Positions 12,388-25,101 of a stretch of 64,000 nucleotides of DNA are shown one piece after another. The translations under genes were made by a program, and so were the position numbers. The first letter of the stretch is position 1; the number at the start of each line of letters is the position of its first letter. The DNA comes from Ramazzottius varieornatus (Eukaryota; Animalia; Tardigrada), in NCBI GenBank assembly GCA_001949185.1, contig BDGG01000001.1, forward strand, positions 5,259,624 through 5,323,623, given 5' to 3'. Below the pieces are notes generated by a model that had not been told where the DNA came from, searched no databases, and saw only the letters and a program-made list of their open reading frames with translations.

Positions 12388-13074
12388 TAGTGCTGGGATA
12401 AATACGATAAAATACGATATGATATTTCCTGATAAATATCTGTCAATATTTATATCTCATTTTAGATATCAACCACCTATCGATATTTTGATATGATACG
12501 TTTCTGATATTTTATTGTTGATATATCGAATTTTATTGCAGTGATATATCGATAGATCAAGCCAGTGCCATGTTGAAAACTATGGAAATCAAGAAAGAGC
12601 CAAAGAGAAACGAAACGGCTGTCGTTCACTACGTTCGAGTCAGCACAAAGGTCAGATGTCCTCGTGTACGCGAGTGTGTTCGTTGCTCAATATATCAAGG
12701 TATGTCGTTACGCACCTAGGTACGCTGACTGTTCACTTCTCCGAAGTCAGCTTGGATGCATGTGCGCGATACATTACGGGTGGGGCTACGCTGCCTGCGC
12801 GGTACCGAAACGGAGTATTGACTTCCGAAGTTCCGATTCTCAAGTGCGGGTTTGCGATTTATCGATATACCGCGATATGATATTTTCATTTATCATATTC
12901 CGCTGAGCGATATTCCGTCCATATCGATATTTTGATGATATTTTTATTTATCGTATTCCGGTCAGCGATATTCCGTCCACATCGATATTTCGATATGATT
13001 TTTTTGTCATATCGAATCCCTGTGCTGTGATGTATTTCGATAAGATACGATATATCATATCTATTCCAGCACTA
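12388..13074. mobile_element. Non-autonomous hAT-type MITE with 8-bp TSD
   Basis: CATACTGT|TAGTGCTGGGATAAATACGATA ... TATCATATCTATTCCAGCACTA|CATACTGT: perfect 8-bp TSD, TAGTG termini, dense subterminal ATCGATA/GATAT repeats at both ends. Confidence 0.88.
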
Positions 13075-13574
13075 CATACTGTACCTTGGTAGCCAGATAG
13101 TGGCTTTTTGGCTACGATAATCTCGTTGCGAAACTGAAAATTTTGCTAGAAGTGGGAATGAATCCCGTGTGATCCTCTTACATGGCGGGTCAGCAGACCA
13201 CTGCGCCATCCGGGATTCACAGTTATCGTACCTCGATTTATCTCTGGGACTTTTCTCAGGCCTAACCTTCCTGTCATTACACTCGTCTGACTTGATACCT
13301 GTGGTTGCAGTAGACTGTGCTGGACCTTTCAAATAACTTGGAGACGAGCTGGACATCTCATGGCTTTAGAGAAAATCCTAGCGAAGTAAAGCCGCGAACG
13401 GCGAATGTCAGACTTTTCAAATTTTCCTCTGGCTGATAGACGCTGGTCACCGTCCTCAGACGATGGGCTAGGGTTTTGTCGAGGCGAAGCGAAAATTTCT
13501 AGACCGGCTGAGGCAAACAAACGTCTGCGATTTCTATCCGACGTCTGTGATTTCTACAAGGGAAATGTTTAATA

Positions 13575-16281
13575 CGAGGGAGAGATTGTCGAATGGGCCA
13601 CACCACTTTGGACTTATGGAGTGGGCCAGTCAGCTTTTTCGCTAACTATCCACTATTTCCGTAAAGTTTTCCGATGAAACGCTAGAGAATATCTTTTTGT
13701 ATGTCTGTGCACAGGTTATTAGCAGAACAAAATTCAGATGCTCAAGATGAGATGCCCGATCTGGAAAATGATCGCATCCCATGTTAAAAAGCCTGAGCAT
13801 AAAATAGTAGAGAGGCCACAAGAGGCGCTGCTGTCGCCTTTCCGAGTGACTCACTCAGCAAAACTGAATCGTACAGCAGGGCCAAATTTACAGAACAAGC
13901 ATACAAAATCGTTTCTGAGGACATTCTCTCATTCATCTCAAGCATGTCGTCTCCCACGCTCGTCAGTGCTGCAGAAGCCCAAAAGCAGCTAACGGTTGAA
14001 GCTGCAGTTCATGCCGTGCAGAAGCTAGGATGGAGCGGACGGAAGGCAGCAGAATACTACGAAATTCCTTTGACTACTCTAAAACGTCGCTTGCTGAACC
14101 TGCAACCTGAACGTGACGGTGGGAAAACCAAGATTCCTTCACATGAAGAGAACGCTCTTGCAAACTTTCTGATCAACAGCTCTGACATAGGGATTCCTCT
14201 GAATCGCCAACATTGTGCAGGGGTTATCGTTGAGATAAACACGCAACTGAGTAAGCTTTACACTGTTATTACACTGATGTAATTTCCAGTCGAAATTTTC
14301 TTTCATGATTCTCATCCTGTATTTGTGTTCGTATTGTACTTACTCCAAATTCCTCGACAGGATTAAAGCATCCAGCGTTCAACAATCAGCATTTCCGAAG
14401 ACTACTGAAAGCGACATCCCGATCTGGCGATGCGGGTGACACATGCCTCCAACCGTAAGAAAGACCGAGAGTGGACAAGTGAACTCTGCGACAGTTACAT
14501 AGAGAAGTTGCAGTATTTAGCTGACGAAGGATCCCTGCAAAAAGCTGAGCAAGTGTGGAATCTCTACGAGACTGCGTTCAACACCTCGACGTTTGACAGA
14601 GTAGTGGCTCGAAAAGGTACGAAGCAGATTTGGTCTCAGTTTGATGGAACTGAAAAAGAATATATCACGATTCTGCCTGCTGGAAACGCTGCTGGACTCC
14701 AGCTGAAATTCATGGCTTTGTATGCGGGAAAGACGCATGTCAGATCTCGACTGGATGGGACAAATGGCATGTGTTATCATTCTGCTAATCCTTCAGGGTA
14801 TATGGATGCAAAGCTGTCTGCCGAACACATCAAAGAAGTTTTGTTTCCAGCCATGACAGAGGACAAGGTACGGTCTTGATATTTTAAAATATGAGCACGG
14901 TACGTGACGTCATGGAGATTTTATTTTATTGTACGTTGGGGCAGAAAGGGTCCAAACTTTTGCTCCGTGACGTCATGCGCAAGTTTCGTCCGAGCCGAGT
15001 CTGTTTTACATGTTAATTCTGTTGTTTCAGAATGTTATATTTGTCGACAGCCACTTCTCTCATGTCAACAACGAGCTACTTTCCAAGTACTACAAGCAGT
15101 TCTACGTTGAAAAGAAGATAAAACTGCTTTTGCCTGCCAGCTGGGCAGACAAACCATCTTCAGCCTTTCGATGTCTCAGTTTTGGGACAAGTTAAAAAAG
15201 CCTGGAAGGATTACCTTCGACATCGACGTCTTATTCCTGGAGGAATGGTAATGCAGTATTTGGCTATTTTGGTGGGTTCTACTTGTCTGTAATCTGTACT
15301 GGTTGCAGGTAACAAAAGATAACATTCTGTCTCATCTTGTCAGCTTGTGGTACTTCAAACAAGATTGTCCACCTCGATTTGCCTTCAATGTAGGTTCCAA
15401 TCTAAAGTCTGAGTTCGAGAAATGCGGCCTGTTTCCTTTCAGCCCAGACGTTATTCGTCGAATTGTCAAGCCTCATATCTGTCCAGGAAAGATATCAGGA
15501 TCCGCCATGGAAAACCAGCAAGCAAATTTCGATCGTATGCTGCAGGTAGTGAGAAACGAACCCAACATTACTGGTGAGAAGGACCTCGAAGACGTTAAAG
15601 AGTACCTCCGTTTAAAGCAACTAGGAGTCACGGCAGGAATGGTCACCGCAGTAGCGCTTCAGAAGACACTCTTTGGCGAGGCACCAACAAAGAAGCGTCG
15701 AGTAAAGAATGAACATCTTTCGACAGCAGCTGGATGTTTAATCACGTCGGAAACCTACGAAGAAGCCAGAGACAAGTTCAATACCGAACAGAAAGTCAAG
15801 AAAGCCGTTCGAACATCCAAAAGAAAAGCTCCAGAGGCAGAAGAAAAGCACACGGCACCAAAGAAGACTGCCCGGAAGACTGTCGAAAAGAAACAACGCA
15901 CCGATAAGAAGCAAAAAGTGTTCCTAATTTACCGTGAACTCTGTGGAATCCGATCTTACGGTCGAATCTCAGTTCTCTTACCTCTTAGATGCCTTAGCGA
16001 TAGTTCAAGTCTTATGTGAAGTTGTGGTGAAGAAGTCTGGTGGAAGACAAACCCTTCCGTTGAGATTATTAAAATCATTTGCAGCGTAAAGCTGGACCGT
16101 AAGCAACATACCACAAATCTAAACCTGCGGTGTAGCTCGAACCGCCAGTTGAACAGGCGCATCGTGTGTGGTGCCACCCTATACCAGCTATTTTTGCGGT
16201 GGCCCACTCCATAAACCCAAAATGATGTGGCCCACTCTATAAACCCAAAATGATGTGGCCCACTCGATAACCTCTCCCTGG
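13575..16281 (+). mobile_element. pogo/Tigger-like (DDE_1) DNA transposon, full length with TIRs
   Basis: TA|CGAGGGAGAGATTGTCGAATGGGCC ... GGCCCACTCGATAACCTCTCCCTGG|TA; subterminal GGCCCACTCYATAAACCCAAAATGATGT repeats; encloses a transposase gene. Confidence 0.85.
13944..16019 (+). pseudogene. Spliced pogo-family transposase (psq-type HTH + CENP-B-like HTH + DDE_1), degenerate
   Basis: WSGRKAAEYYEIPLTTLKRR; VWNLYETAF (first catalytic D replaced by Y); ITILPAGNAAG; SGYMD; VIFVDSHFSH; QPFDVSV; FEKCGLFPF. Introns ~14251-14360, 14868-15030 and 15248-15308. Frameshift near 15130. Confidence 0.85.
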
Positions 16282-17310
16282 TACTGATAACGCAACATTA
16301 AGAAGTGCTATCGACAATGCAGGAAAGTCTTGCGCAGGTTGGAGATTTTGACAGCCGAGATTCGTTAGCAGGTAGGAAATTGTTAAAGCGGAAATAGCGA
16401 ACAACAGTCAGAACCAATAACGAAGCAAACATAGCAAACAACGTGTAGGAAACAGTCTGCGAAAGGTGAAAATAATGAAATCTGCTTATAATGATATGTG
16501 GCATAGCCTCTTCTATCACCCGGGGACTAGAGACCGGTCCGAGAGGAGACACAAAACGGCAATGGAGCTGACTCAGAGAGCATCCGCAAGCTGCAATTCC
16601 CCTGTCAGCTCTGAGGTCCTGTTTCTTCTTCTTTAGTTTCGGTCGGTTTGTCCCCGTCGGAACGTGTTCTGACAAAGATCGAACGAAGTCGGGCAGGCGG
16701 ACAGCCTGGCAGTAGGCTGCCATGACATGTCAGAAGTTGCTGACATGAAATATAGCATCTGCCGCATGTGTACTGGTAGCGTTAAGCCAAAAATTTACAA
16801 GCCATCTTTCTGAGAATGAACCATCCCTTTAGTTCGACAAACCGTTCAAACAAAACGAAAGAACGGTCATGAAGAACTGATGTTATCGAGTGGACGAAGA
16901 AATTCCGCTGAAGTTTTCTAGAGAAGCCTCAGTTTCGTCTTTTCGGCCACTTGCAGCCATGGTGCTTTCTCAGACACTCTACGTCACAAATATGCCCCGC
17001 CCGACCAAAAAACGCATAGTAAACCTAGCGCGCGCATGCTGCGGGTGTGCGCACCACCCAGTCGGCGTCAGTGTCGTTCTGTGTCTTTTGGCAGGCCGTT
17101 GGAGACATGGAGCTGATCGAAAGCGGTCTGATTTTCATTTGGAACCCTTATCTAAGTCAGGCCCAGTTGAGACTAGTCTGGGAGGTTGATCGCTCGAACG
17201 GTTAAAGTGGCCTTAGCTTTATGGGAAACTTCACACAAGCTTTGCCGCAACAAGGGAAAAACAAGGTTTTGGTTGTCCAGGTGCGTGCACGTCTCCGCCC
17301 AGCAATTGCA

Positions 17311-17448
17311 GGGTGGTGCGTCACAACTATAGCAACTCATACCGAGACGCGACAAGTACATACACACACTACCTGAGGCTGTAGGGTGGTGCGTGACGAC
17401 TGTGCTGACTCACAGTGAGACGCGACACGCACATGCACACACCGCCTG
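17311..17448. repeat. Two imperfect ~70-bp direct repeats
   Basis: GGGTGGTGCGT.AC.ACT.T....ACTCA....GAGACGCGACA..ACAT.CACAC occurs at ~17311 and ~17384. Confidence 0.55.
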
Positions 17449-17921
17449 GCAGGAGTGAACTTGACGCGGGCATCGGTACACGTACGCATTGCAACAGACT
17501 TCGTCTCAACTAGCCCTGTCTAACGAGGGAACGGTCAGGGCGATCAGACGCCGATCTTCGTTTTGATGCTTTTACCTGAAAGGTATGTCTCATAGCTTAC
17601 CATATAGAGCAGAAAGAGATGCTATGAAACCCTCCCTGGACCTGGAAGCGTGAAGTCATGGTCTACCCCGTATAACACCACCAAGTTCTCGGGGTGTCTA
17701 TTGGTCCTTGTATCGTGGGTAACAGCAAAAACGAAGTGAATGTACTCCGGTTTCATGTAAGTCAAAGAAATTTCTCGATTGCCATCGACATTTTCCTCAT
17801 CTTCCTCTGATCGTCCTGACCGTTCCCTCGTAAGTACTTGCTGTTTTTCCTCCTTCACAATGTTTCATTGTCACGCTTCGTTCTCAGCCGATTTCCCCTT
17901 CTATAAGAAGTGCTTTTTGTT

Positions 17922-18280
17922 TACCAGCACGCTGGTGCCAGAGGTTACTACGTGGACAATTTTCTTTGTTTTGGCTTAGCAAACGCGCCATCCATTTTCA
18001 ACCGCATATCGCAGTGTATAGTCCGCTTCATGCGCAGGGCCGGCTTTGATATCGTGGCACATTCAGATGACTTCTTAGTCATCGGCAGAGATTTAAAGCA
18101 TTGCCAAGCAGCACATCAATACTTGCTCTGCCTTGTTGGCCGTCTTGGTTTCGCAGTTAACTAGGACAAAACAGTTTCTCGGTTTGATTATTGACTCGGG
18201 CCTTCAGCAAATAGAATTACCTGAAGATAAACTGCAAAAATTACTGGCAATCTGTAGCGAATATCATCTCAAATGGCGTT
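17922..18280 (+). pseudogene. DIRS/Ngaro-type (tyrosine-recombinase retrotransposon) reverse transcriptase fragment
   Basis: YYVDNFLCFGLANAPSIFNRIS, IVAHSDDFLVIG (degenerate YxDD), LGFAVN, FLGLIIDS, IELPEDK; truncated and frameshifted. Confidence 0.75.
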
Positions 18281-18935
18281 GTCGCTCTCGAAATTCTACA
18301 AAAGGCTGCGTTATCCCAGACTGTCAGCCTCCTTCTCCTGGTCGGTCACACCGTCCAACACCTTGAGTTCCGGTGACGAAGGATGTTCCTAATTCGCAAC
18401 CGTGCTGTCCAACTTCGATCTTGATCTGAAAAGGACGTATTACCAGGCGATGCTTAATTTATTCAGGGATTTTTAGTTCTGCTCTTCCAGCCGTCACCTT
18501 CTTTAATGTACTGTTCCCCCTATCAATTATTTTTGCACATTCCTCCTTCTGGAGTCCCACTTCCTGTGCGCACCGCCGACTTTGGCTAGGCGTTAAAAGT
18601 CTGCTAAAGCTTACCGTTTTCAGCTATAAATTAAGTTAGCTGACAATGTTTGTGCCGGGCGAAATTTTGTCTCGAGTCCTCAAAAGATCTCACTGTCTAA
18701 TTTTGTCGGCAGACAACAAAATTTGGGCGTTGTCTTTTGCTTATGCGGAAGATCGCGACTTTTGCATACGCAGAAAGCTTTATTGATACCTCACGACACG
18801 CCATCGTTTGACCTTACTACCCGCCATCACACTCAGCCCACCTCGCCCAGTGTCCATCAAGAGACCAACATAAAAGAGATTCGAAAGGGTTCATCAGGAT
18901 ACGGCAGGAAACTACGCTCATGAGAAATCAAGCTG

Positions 18936-20208
18936 TTACGTCTGAGAGGAATACTTCTTTTCGAGGTCCACTTTGCAAGGAAAATATTTACGCCACATGT
19001 TGTTGTATTCCTGCAGCGACTTCAGCTTGGCTTCCTTCCAATTGTCACCAGCTGAGGCCTTCTCCTTTCGTTCACGAACTCTGCAGATGTGACCTCCGAA
19101 AAGAACGGACGGTGAAGTCAGGTGAGACAACCGAGCTGCATCACCGTCAGTTTGCCACCCGCTATTGTCATTCTTTTTTATCACTACCGTAGACATTTCT
19201 GAACTTCCATTCACCGAACAGCTTGACGAAACCAACGCTCTGAGATTTCCGCTGGTTCATGGTGAGAATATCTTGAAGGGTCAAAATGACGTCCCACACC
19301 AGCATCATGGCGTACTTGGTCAGCGACGGAGAGGTCTCGTACAAAGCTTTCAGAACTGCGCTGTCCACCCAGATATCCGAGTTGTCCACCAGCTGCTTGA
19401 AACTAGTCTTATCCGCTTGTTGTGACTTCAGGAATGAAAAAGGGACTCGATTGATATTTGTGAAACATGACTCAGTAAACCCGTGAAAGTTGGATTTAAA
19501 CCGTGTAATGTATTGCGTGCATGTGCCAAATCTAATTTTCTTCACCCTGTGTCAAACGGTTACTTACCTCGTTTCTGTCGCTTCGGAGGTGGCACGTAGC
19601 ACGGATGAGCTTTCTCCTTCTGACGATACTCTGAAACGCTCCGGAGCAGTGGAAACAAACCGAAGGCACAGAGAGAAAACTTGAGAAGGGCTGGCTTACT
19701 TTCCGCTTTCTTTTCATTGAGTTTCCGTTTGTTCACGTAATAGAGGTATTTCATAGCCGACGACACTTGTTCCTGCGGAGCTGATAACCACACTTAAATT
19801 AGAACCACTGAAACGTACACGAGATGCTTCCTACAGAGACTTACTTTGTTCCTCTAGATCACCGATGACGTTTCCGGTGTTTTTCGCACTAGTGGACGTT
19901 TCGTATGAGCTTCCTGTAAAAAATTGGTCGTGTCATAGCGATCATGGCATGGCTTGCAGCTTACTTTCGCATGAGACCCCGCTGTTCTCGAGAAGCATGG
20001 TATGCTCGTTTGGCTCGTTCTCTGACGTTTCCTCCGTGTTTTTCAGCAGCTTGTCTTCGGAACTCTCAATCGAAAGTGACTCAACGAAAGCAGGACCCGA
20101 GGCGTTGTTAGGATGCTGCCGCGTCAGAACTTCCCTGCCGTTCTGCTTGTCGGCCTGTTCTTGAGCTATCGACTTGGACTTCTGTTCTTGCTTAGCCTTC
20201 TTCTTCAT
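18936..20208 (-). pseudogene. Degenerate spliced gene, possibly BEN-domain-like
   Basis: Several minus-strand exon-like ORFs: a charged low-complexity N-part, then IWVDSAVLKALYETSPSLTKYAMMLVWDVILT, which resembles a BEN-domain helix pattern; in-frame stops. Confidence 0.3.
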
Positions 20209-20675
20209 AGCTGCCGACGGTGGCTACAACATATTGAAAGACATGCATGTAAGCTTACTCAAGCGGAACAGATGTTCGATTGGTTGTTGGATGCCCGGAC
20301 CAGGCTTTGTCGTATAAAAGCTTGGTCAGAGACAGTTGATTGCTACTATTGATAAGAGTGAAACGTGAAAAGACGGGATTTACCTGTTGTTGGTCGGTCT
20401 GGCCAGTCTCCTCTAGCTTTTTGGGTACAGAGCGTTCATATCAGCATCATTCCCAACGCCAACTACGGATGCTTTCGAATGGGGATACTCGTTGTTCCAG
20501 AAGTCTCGGATCTTCAACCCAGAAGCTAGACCCTCCAGCTGATGGGACGAGCTTGGAAAATTTCATACCGCGTCGCTGAACTGAACCGCTTAACGACTGG
20601 TTAACTCGACGACTTGCGCACTAGGTCACAAGCCCAATGGGCTGGCGCTTTTTTGCTGAAAACAAGTTCATGACG

Positions 20676-21210
20676 TCACCTCGCAGTTTCTGAAAAGACT
20701 AGTCTTTCTGAAAAGGTCAGCGTAGTACTACGCCCCCGCTCTTCAGCCCATCTGGCTTTGCGCAGCACTGCAGGACTACGCAAAACCGCTTGCAACATTT
20801 CCTCCTTCTCTTGAGGGTCTTTCACAATCGCGTCTATAATCAGGGAGTACGTCTCCGAGTGCACAGCCTCATTCCATATTTGAAAACTGTACAAGGTTCG
20901 CGCATCGGGAATTTGCACTTCGCGTAGAATATTTTCGGCCACGTTTTCCATTACAATGCCGTCAGCGGCAGCGAAAAAGCTTAAGACACCTCCGATGAGC
21001 TTCCTTTCATCCGCTTTCAGGCTGAGCCAAATCTTGTGCGTCCTGCTTAAAGTTAATTTCTTCAGCTGTCCACAAGCTGGCTTCCATTTGTTTATACAGC
21101 GCCCATAAATCATGGTAGACAATAGGAAAAGTCACCAGTCTTTTCCAGGTAGGAGATAAGATGGGATCTTCCACGTTCGCGATCGCGTTCGACTCCCGCC
21201 CACTTTCCAT
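20676..21210 (-). pseudogene. Ribonucleotide reductase small subunit (R2) 5' half, intronless, frameshifted and truncated
   Basis: EDPIL...RLVTFPIVYHDLWALYKQMEASLWTAEEINF, frameshift ~21030, WLSLKADERKLIGGVLSFFAAADGIVMENV, EVQIPDARTLYSFQIWNEAVHSETYSLII, KARWAE, TFSERLV. Confidence 0.92.
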
Positions 21211-21696
21211 CGTTCAGATATTTCAACCTCAAGACAAAATTTAATTTTCAGCTTCGGGTTAGTGACAAGTTCATACTAAACAGAAGAAGCTTACTTTGCT
21301 TTAGCACTTTGTGATGCGATCAACCATCTCACCTGCTCTAATGATACGACCTTTTGCTACCGGCTTGGGTATGGGAAAACCACCAATATATTTCGCTGGC
21401 CGTAGTAAGTTCTACTTATTAAACAGAGCTAGTAATACTACTTTTGACAACACCTCGTCATTTTATGCATCGCAATATTTGCCTTTTTTGTTTCAGCGCC
21501 TTTTTCTGCAGCTCCGACAACCAAGCGTTCGCGAACGCAGGCCTCCGACCACCCTCTGGTCGCCGCTCACACGCAACAGTCCCCGTTTATGACTTTACAG
21601 ACGGACCACAAGAACGCACCGGCTAAATCCAGTAGCGGTCATGGTGCTGACCCGCATCAAAAGCCGTAAACCAGTCAATTCATTCTGCAGCCACCC

Positions 21697-22047
21697 GTGG
21701 CTTCTTTTACATCACAGTCGTCGTACTACCACCCAAACGGAATGTATACCTCTTTCGCTGACCCGTCCACAACCTCTCAGCCCGCCACAAGTGCTCTTGC
21801 ATATCATCCCGTCACCTATATTCCCGCAGCTGGCGGAACACCATCTATGGATTTGGACCAAATTCCTACTCAAAGCCCCATCAACCCGACCAGAATAAAA
21901 CGACAGCACGACGAAATTTCCAATCCGGGTGACGCTGACGACTACAACGACGATGCATATTCCAACATGGGAAACATGTCGCTTGGTTCTCCAGTTCAAC
22001 TGACGTTCGGGGAAGCCGTATCTTATTGGGATCAATATCGATATTGA
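21697..22047 (+). CDS. Hypothetical low-complexity (S/T/P/D-rich) protein or exon, divergently oriented from R2
   Basis: 116-aa ORF with protein-like biased composition; no recognisable domain. Confidence 0.25.
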   Translation: MASFTSQSSYYHPNGMYTSFADPSTTSQPATSALAYHPVTYIPAAGGTPSMDLDQIPTQSPINPTRIKRQHDEISNPGDADDYNDDAYSNMGNMSLGSPVQLTFGEAVSYWDQYRY

Positions 22048-23455
22048 TCTGAATGAGGGAACGAACACACATACCTCAGTCTATCGACAGAGTCCTTTAG
22101 CTATGAACTCGCGTCGTGGTGTGCTTTCATTCCCTGCTCCGGGTTCCACTCCTTCTTTTCCTCGTCAAGCTTCGCGAATGCAGTCCAATCCGTAGCAGAC
22201 CTCGAACCAGATGTTTTCTCCGCAGAATAACACCCAGGGAATCTTTTCTTCGATAGAGAACGGGAACGGCAAACACAACAAGTCTGATCAGGAGTTTCCT
22301 TTCAACGTCGGAAGTTCACCGAGAACGCAACCGGAAGTGTCGAGAGAGTTCTTCCGGCAGCCTTTCTCGACCACGAGGAGCACACCAAACACTAGCCTGA
22401 AGCTTGGGGAGGAAGCCAAAGCTTTTTCGCTAGTCTCATGGATTGTTTAAGACTTCCATGTCGAGCAGTACGCTGATGGAAGATTCCAAGAAGTGGCGAG
22501 ACGACAGCCTTTCTTCCAACGGGGTAAGACTGCTACACGGCTTTTTCTTGAATTTTGTTTTCTCTAGACTGTTCTTGATTTAGTTGCACAGGATCTCGTC
22601 CTTCTCGGACCAGCTTTCCACCTCGGACAGCAGTTACGGGTTTGACGGTCCTTGCTCTTCGCACCTGCTCTCAGTCGTCAGTACGCGTCTTTTGGATCTT
22701 CTCCCTCAAGTTCAAGTCATTCTTTCGGTCTCTGATTTTTCACGGTGATGAAGCGACCTCTTCGCCAGCCTCCAATCAAAACGAACTCGGGAACGGTTGG
22801 CTTCTGCGGAGAATGGACCGTAGCTTTCTCATATAGCTTATCCGTGTTAGAATGTCTTGTTTCTGGTGTTCAGTTCGTGATCCTGTGGTCCTGTTGGGCG
22901 TTTTTGTGTTACACAAAACATGCCATTCTATGTGCTCCTTCTTGTTCGAATTTTCTTGGTATGCGGTTGATCCGCAGTTTTTGCTGTCCCGCTGAAGGGT
23001 TTTGTCCCAGGTTGTGGCTTACACAGTACGCTTTCTAGTGAGTTCATGTTGGGTTCTCCATGGTCTATTGGCCATTACTTCGGGGGTACAGGCTGACATT
23101 TCATTTGACTTCTCTGGACGCGACCTGGTGTTCGTCTTGTTTCGAGATGTGTTTTGATGGATACACGAACATCCATTCTTGACCATGTCTTTTTGAGCTG
23201 ATCGTCACTCTTTCCAACCTTTGAAGCTGCTCCTCGTCGATCAAGGAGGGAAATCAAGCATTGTAGCAGGCCGGTAGCTCGCTGACGTCAGTACTTCCGG
23301 CCGTTCACGTTTTCATTTCATTGGAAATCCATCGTTGGAACACCTTACTGCATTTAATTTTTTGAATTGCGAAACACCAGAACGTGCACCAGAACGCGGA
23401 CACGCAACGGCATCACACCATTCCACAAACATGCTAACCGCCGCCACGCCACGTG

Positions 23456-23530
23456 GAAGTCGTCTGTGAGATCGCCCAAGACATCAAGGCGGACATGCGG
23501 TTCCAGACAACAGCTCTAGAATGCTTACAG
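23456..23530 (+). pseudogene. Divergent histone H3-like fragment (helix alpha1-loop1-start of alpha2)
   Basis: VVCEIAQDIKADMRFQTTALECLQ vs canonical H3 [24 protein letters not shown]: 14/24 identical, ungapped; followed by a CAG|GT donor-like site. Confidence 0.7.
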
Positions 23531-23762
23531 GTACTACTTCTCGTGTTTCTGTTCGTCCATGATAATAGTAAGTATTCGTCCGGCGCTTACGATCACGATT
23601 TCGATGCAATCACAATAGAAATCGCACCGTCTTCGCATCGTAAACTGTTCTGTGTATTCGGTCGAAGCAAAATAACGTCAGGACGATCAATGTTCGCTTC
23701 GCTTCCGTCCATTTTTATCCCCGATTTCTTTCCTACCATTTTCATTTGTATTGCTTTTCAAG

Positions 23763-24917
23763 ATGGAGCTTCGCAATTTGTATGCTCTTCTTTTCGATAA
23801 ACATATCTCATACAACAGTTTATCGTCCTGCGACGGCGTACACGCAAAAGCAAAGCCTTGGAGGAAGACGCTTGGAAGGAAGAAGCCTTCGACTCGGATC
23901 GGTACAGCGAGAAAAAATGTCGATTCTACTTTCGGTTCAAACGGGAACATCTGGACCAGCTGCTAAATGTATTACGATTTCCCAAAGTCGTGAAAACATC
24001 TAGTAAGACTCAGCTTCAGGAATCGAAACCTTGTGTATTGTTCTACGAAGACTGACTTATCCAAACCGATGGATGGAACTACGAAAGATGTTCGGTCGTT
24101 TCCAAGGATGTCTTACTCGGCTGTTCTACACCGCTCTACGGATCATCGACACGTCTTCTTCTGTGTTACGAACGTGGGACCATGAATGGCTGAAGGAAGA
24201 CGACTTCGAACAATCTGCGTTTCCATTGCAAAGAAAGGTGGGCCAGGAGTAGTGCCAGATGTGTTTGGTTTCATCGATGGAACAGCCAGGCTGTTTGCCG
24301 GCTAAAACTCTTCCAGCGACATACGTTCAGCGGGCACAAATGAATTCACTGCACAAAATAGCAGTCAGTTGTGATTCCCAATGGTAAGCGTATACGCATT
24401 TATTCAAAGGAGAGAAAACTCTATCGACCGGAAGTGGTGTTCACTTTCTATGTTTGCAGGATTGATAGTGAATTTGTCCGGTGGTCAAAGGGGCTCCATG
24501 CATGACAGTCGCCTGCTGAACGAAAGCAGAATCCTGGATGATCTACAGGAAAAGCAAAATGGATTCCTACGAAGGTATGTTCTGTATGGTGACAGTGGAT
24601 ACGCGAAGAAGACTGGAGTCCTGCACAAGCCGTTTTCCCGAGTCGAAATGAGGAACTCACGCGCCAAGAAAGAACAGAACAAGCTGATGTCGACGCTTCG
24701 ACAGACTGTCGAATGGAACTTCAAAGAAGTTGTCAAGAATTTTGCTTTTGTCGACTTTCGAAAACAAATGAAGATGTACGAGAAGCCAGTGAACACCCTC
24801 TACCGTGTTGCTGTTCTACTTACTAACTGTCATAACTGCTTGTGCCGAAACCAAACAAGTAGATATGTTGATTTAGAGCGTCCGACGTTGTTTGAGTACT
24901 TGTCGAGCTTACCGTGA
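23763..24917 (+). pseudogene. PIF/Harbinger (HARBI1-like, DDE_Tnp_4) transposase, degenerate
   Basis: FRFKREHL, LRRLTYPNRWMEL..MFGR, FGFIDGT, FSGHK, intron ~24384-24460, GSMHDSRLL, LYGDSGY, NKLMSTLRQTVEWNF, AVLLTNCHNCL; several frameshifts and stops. Confidence 0.88.
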
Positions 24918-25101
24918 GGAAGTCTGTTACTGGCAGTTCGAATCACGTATTCATATTCAAGAGCAAGTTCAAATCACGTATTCGCCAGCTATGTTTGCAT
25001 TGAGAAAATAAACTTGACCTTCGGAGAGCACTGGACGATCAGCACCAAAGCGTAGTCGCGTAATCAAGGACAATTAGAAATCGAACGGAGGGTATAACTT
25101 C

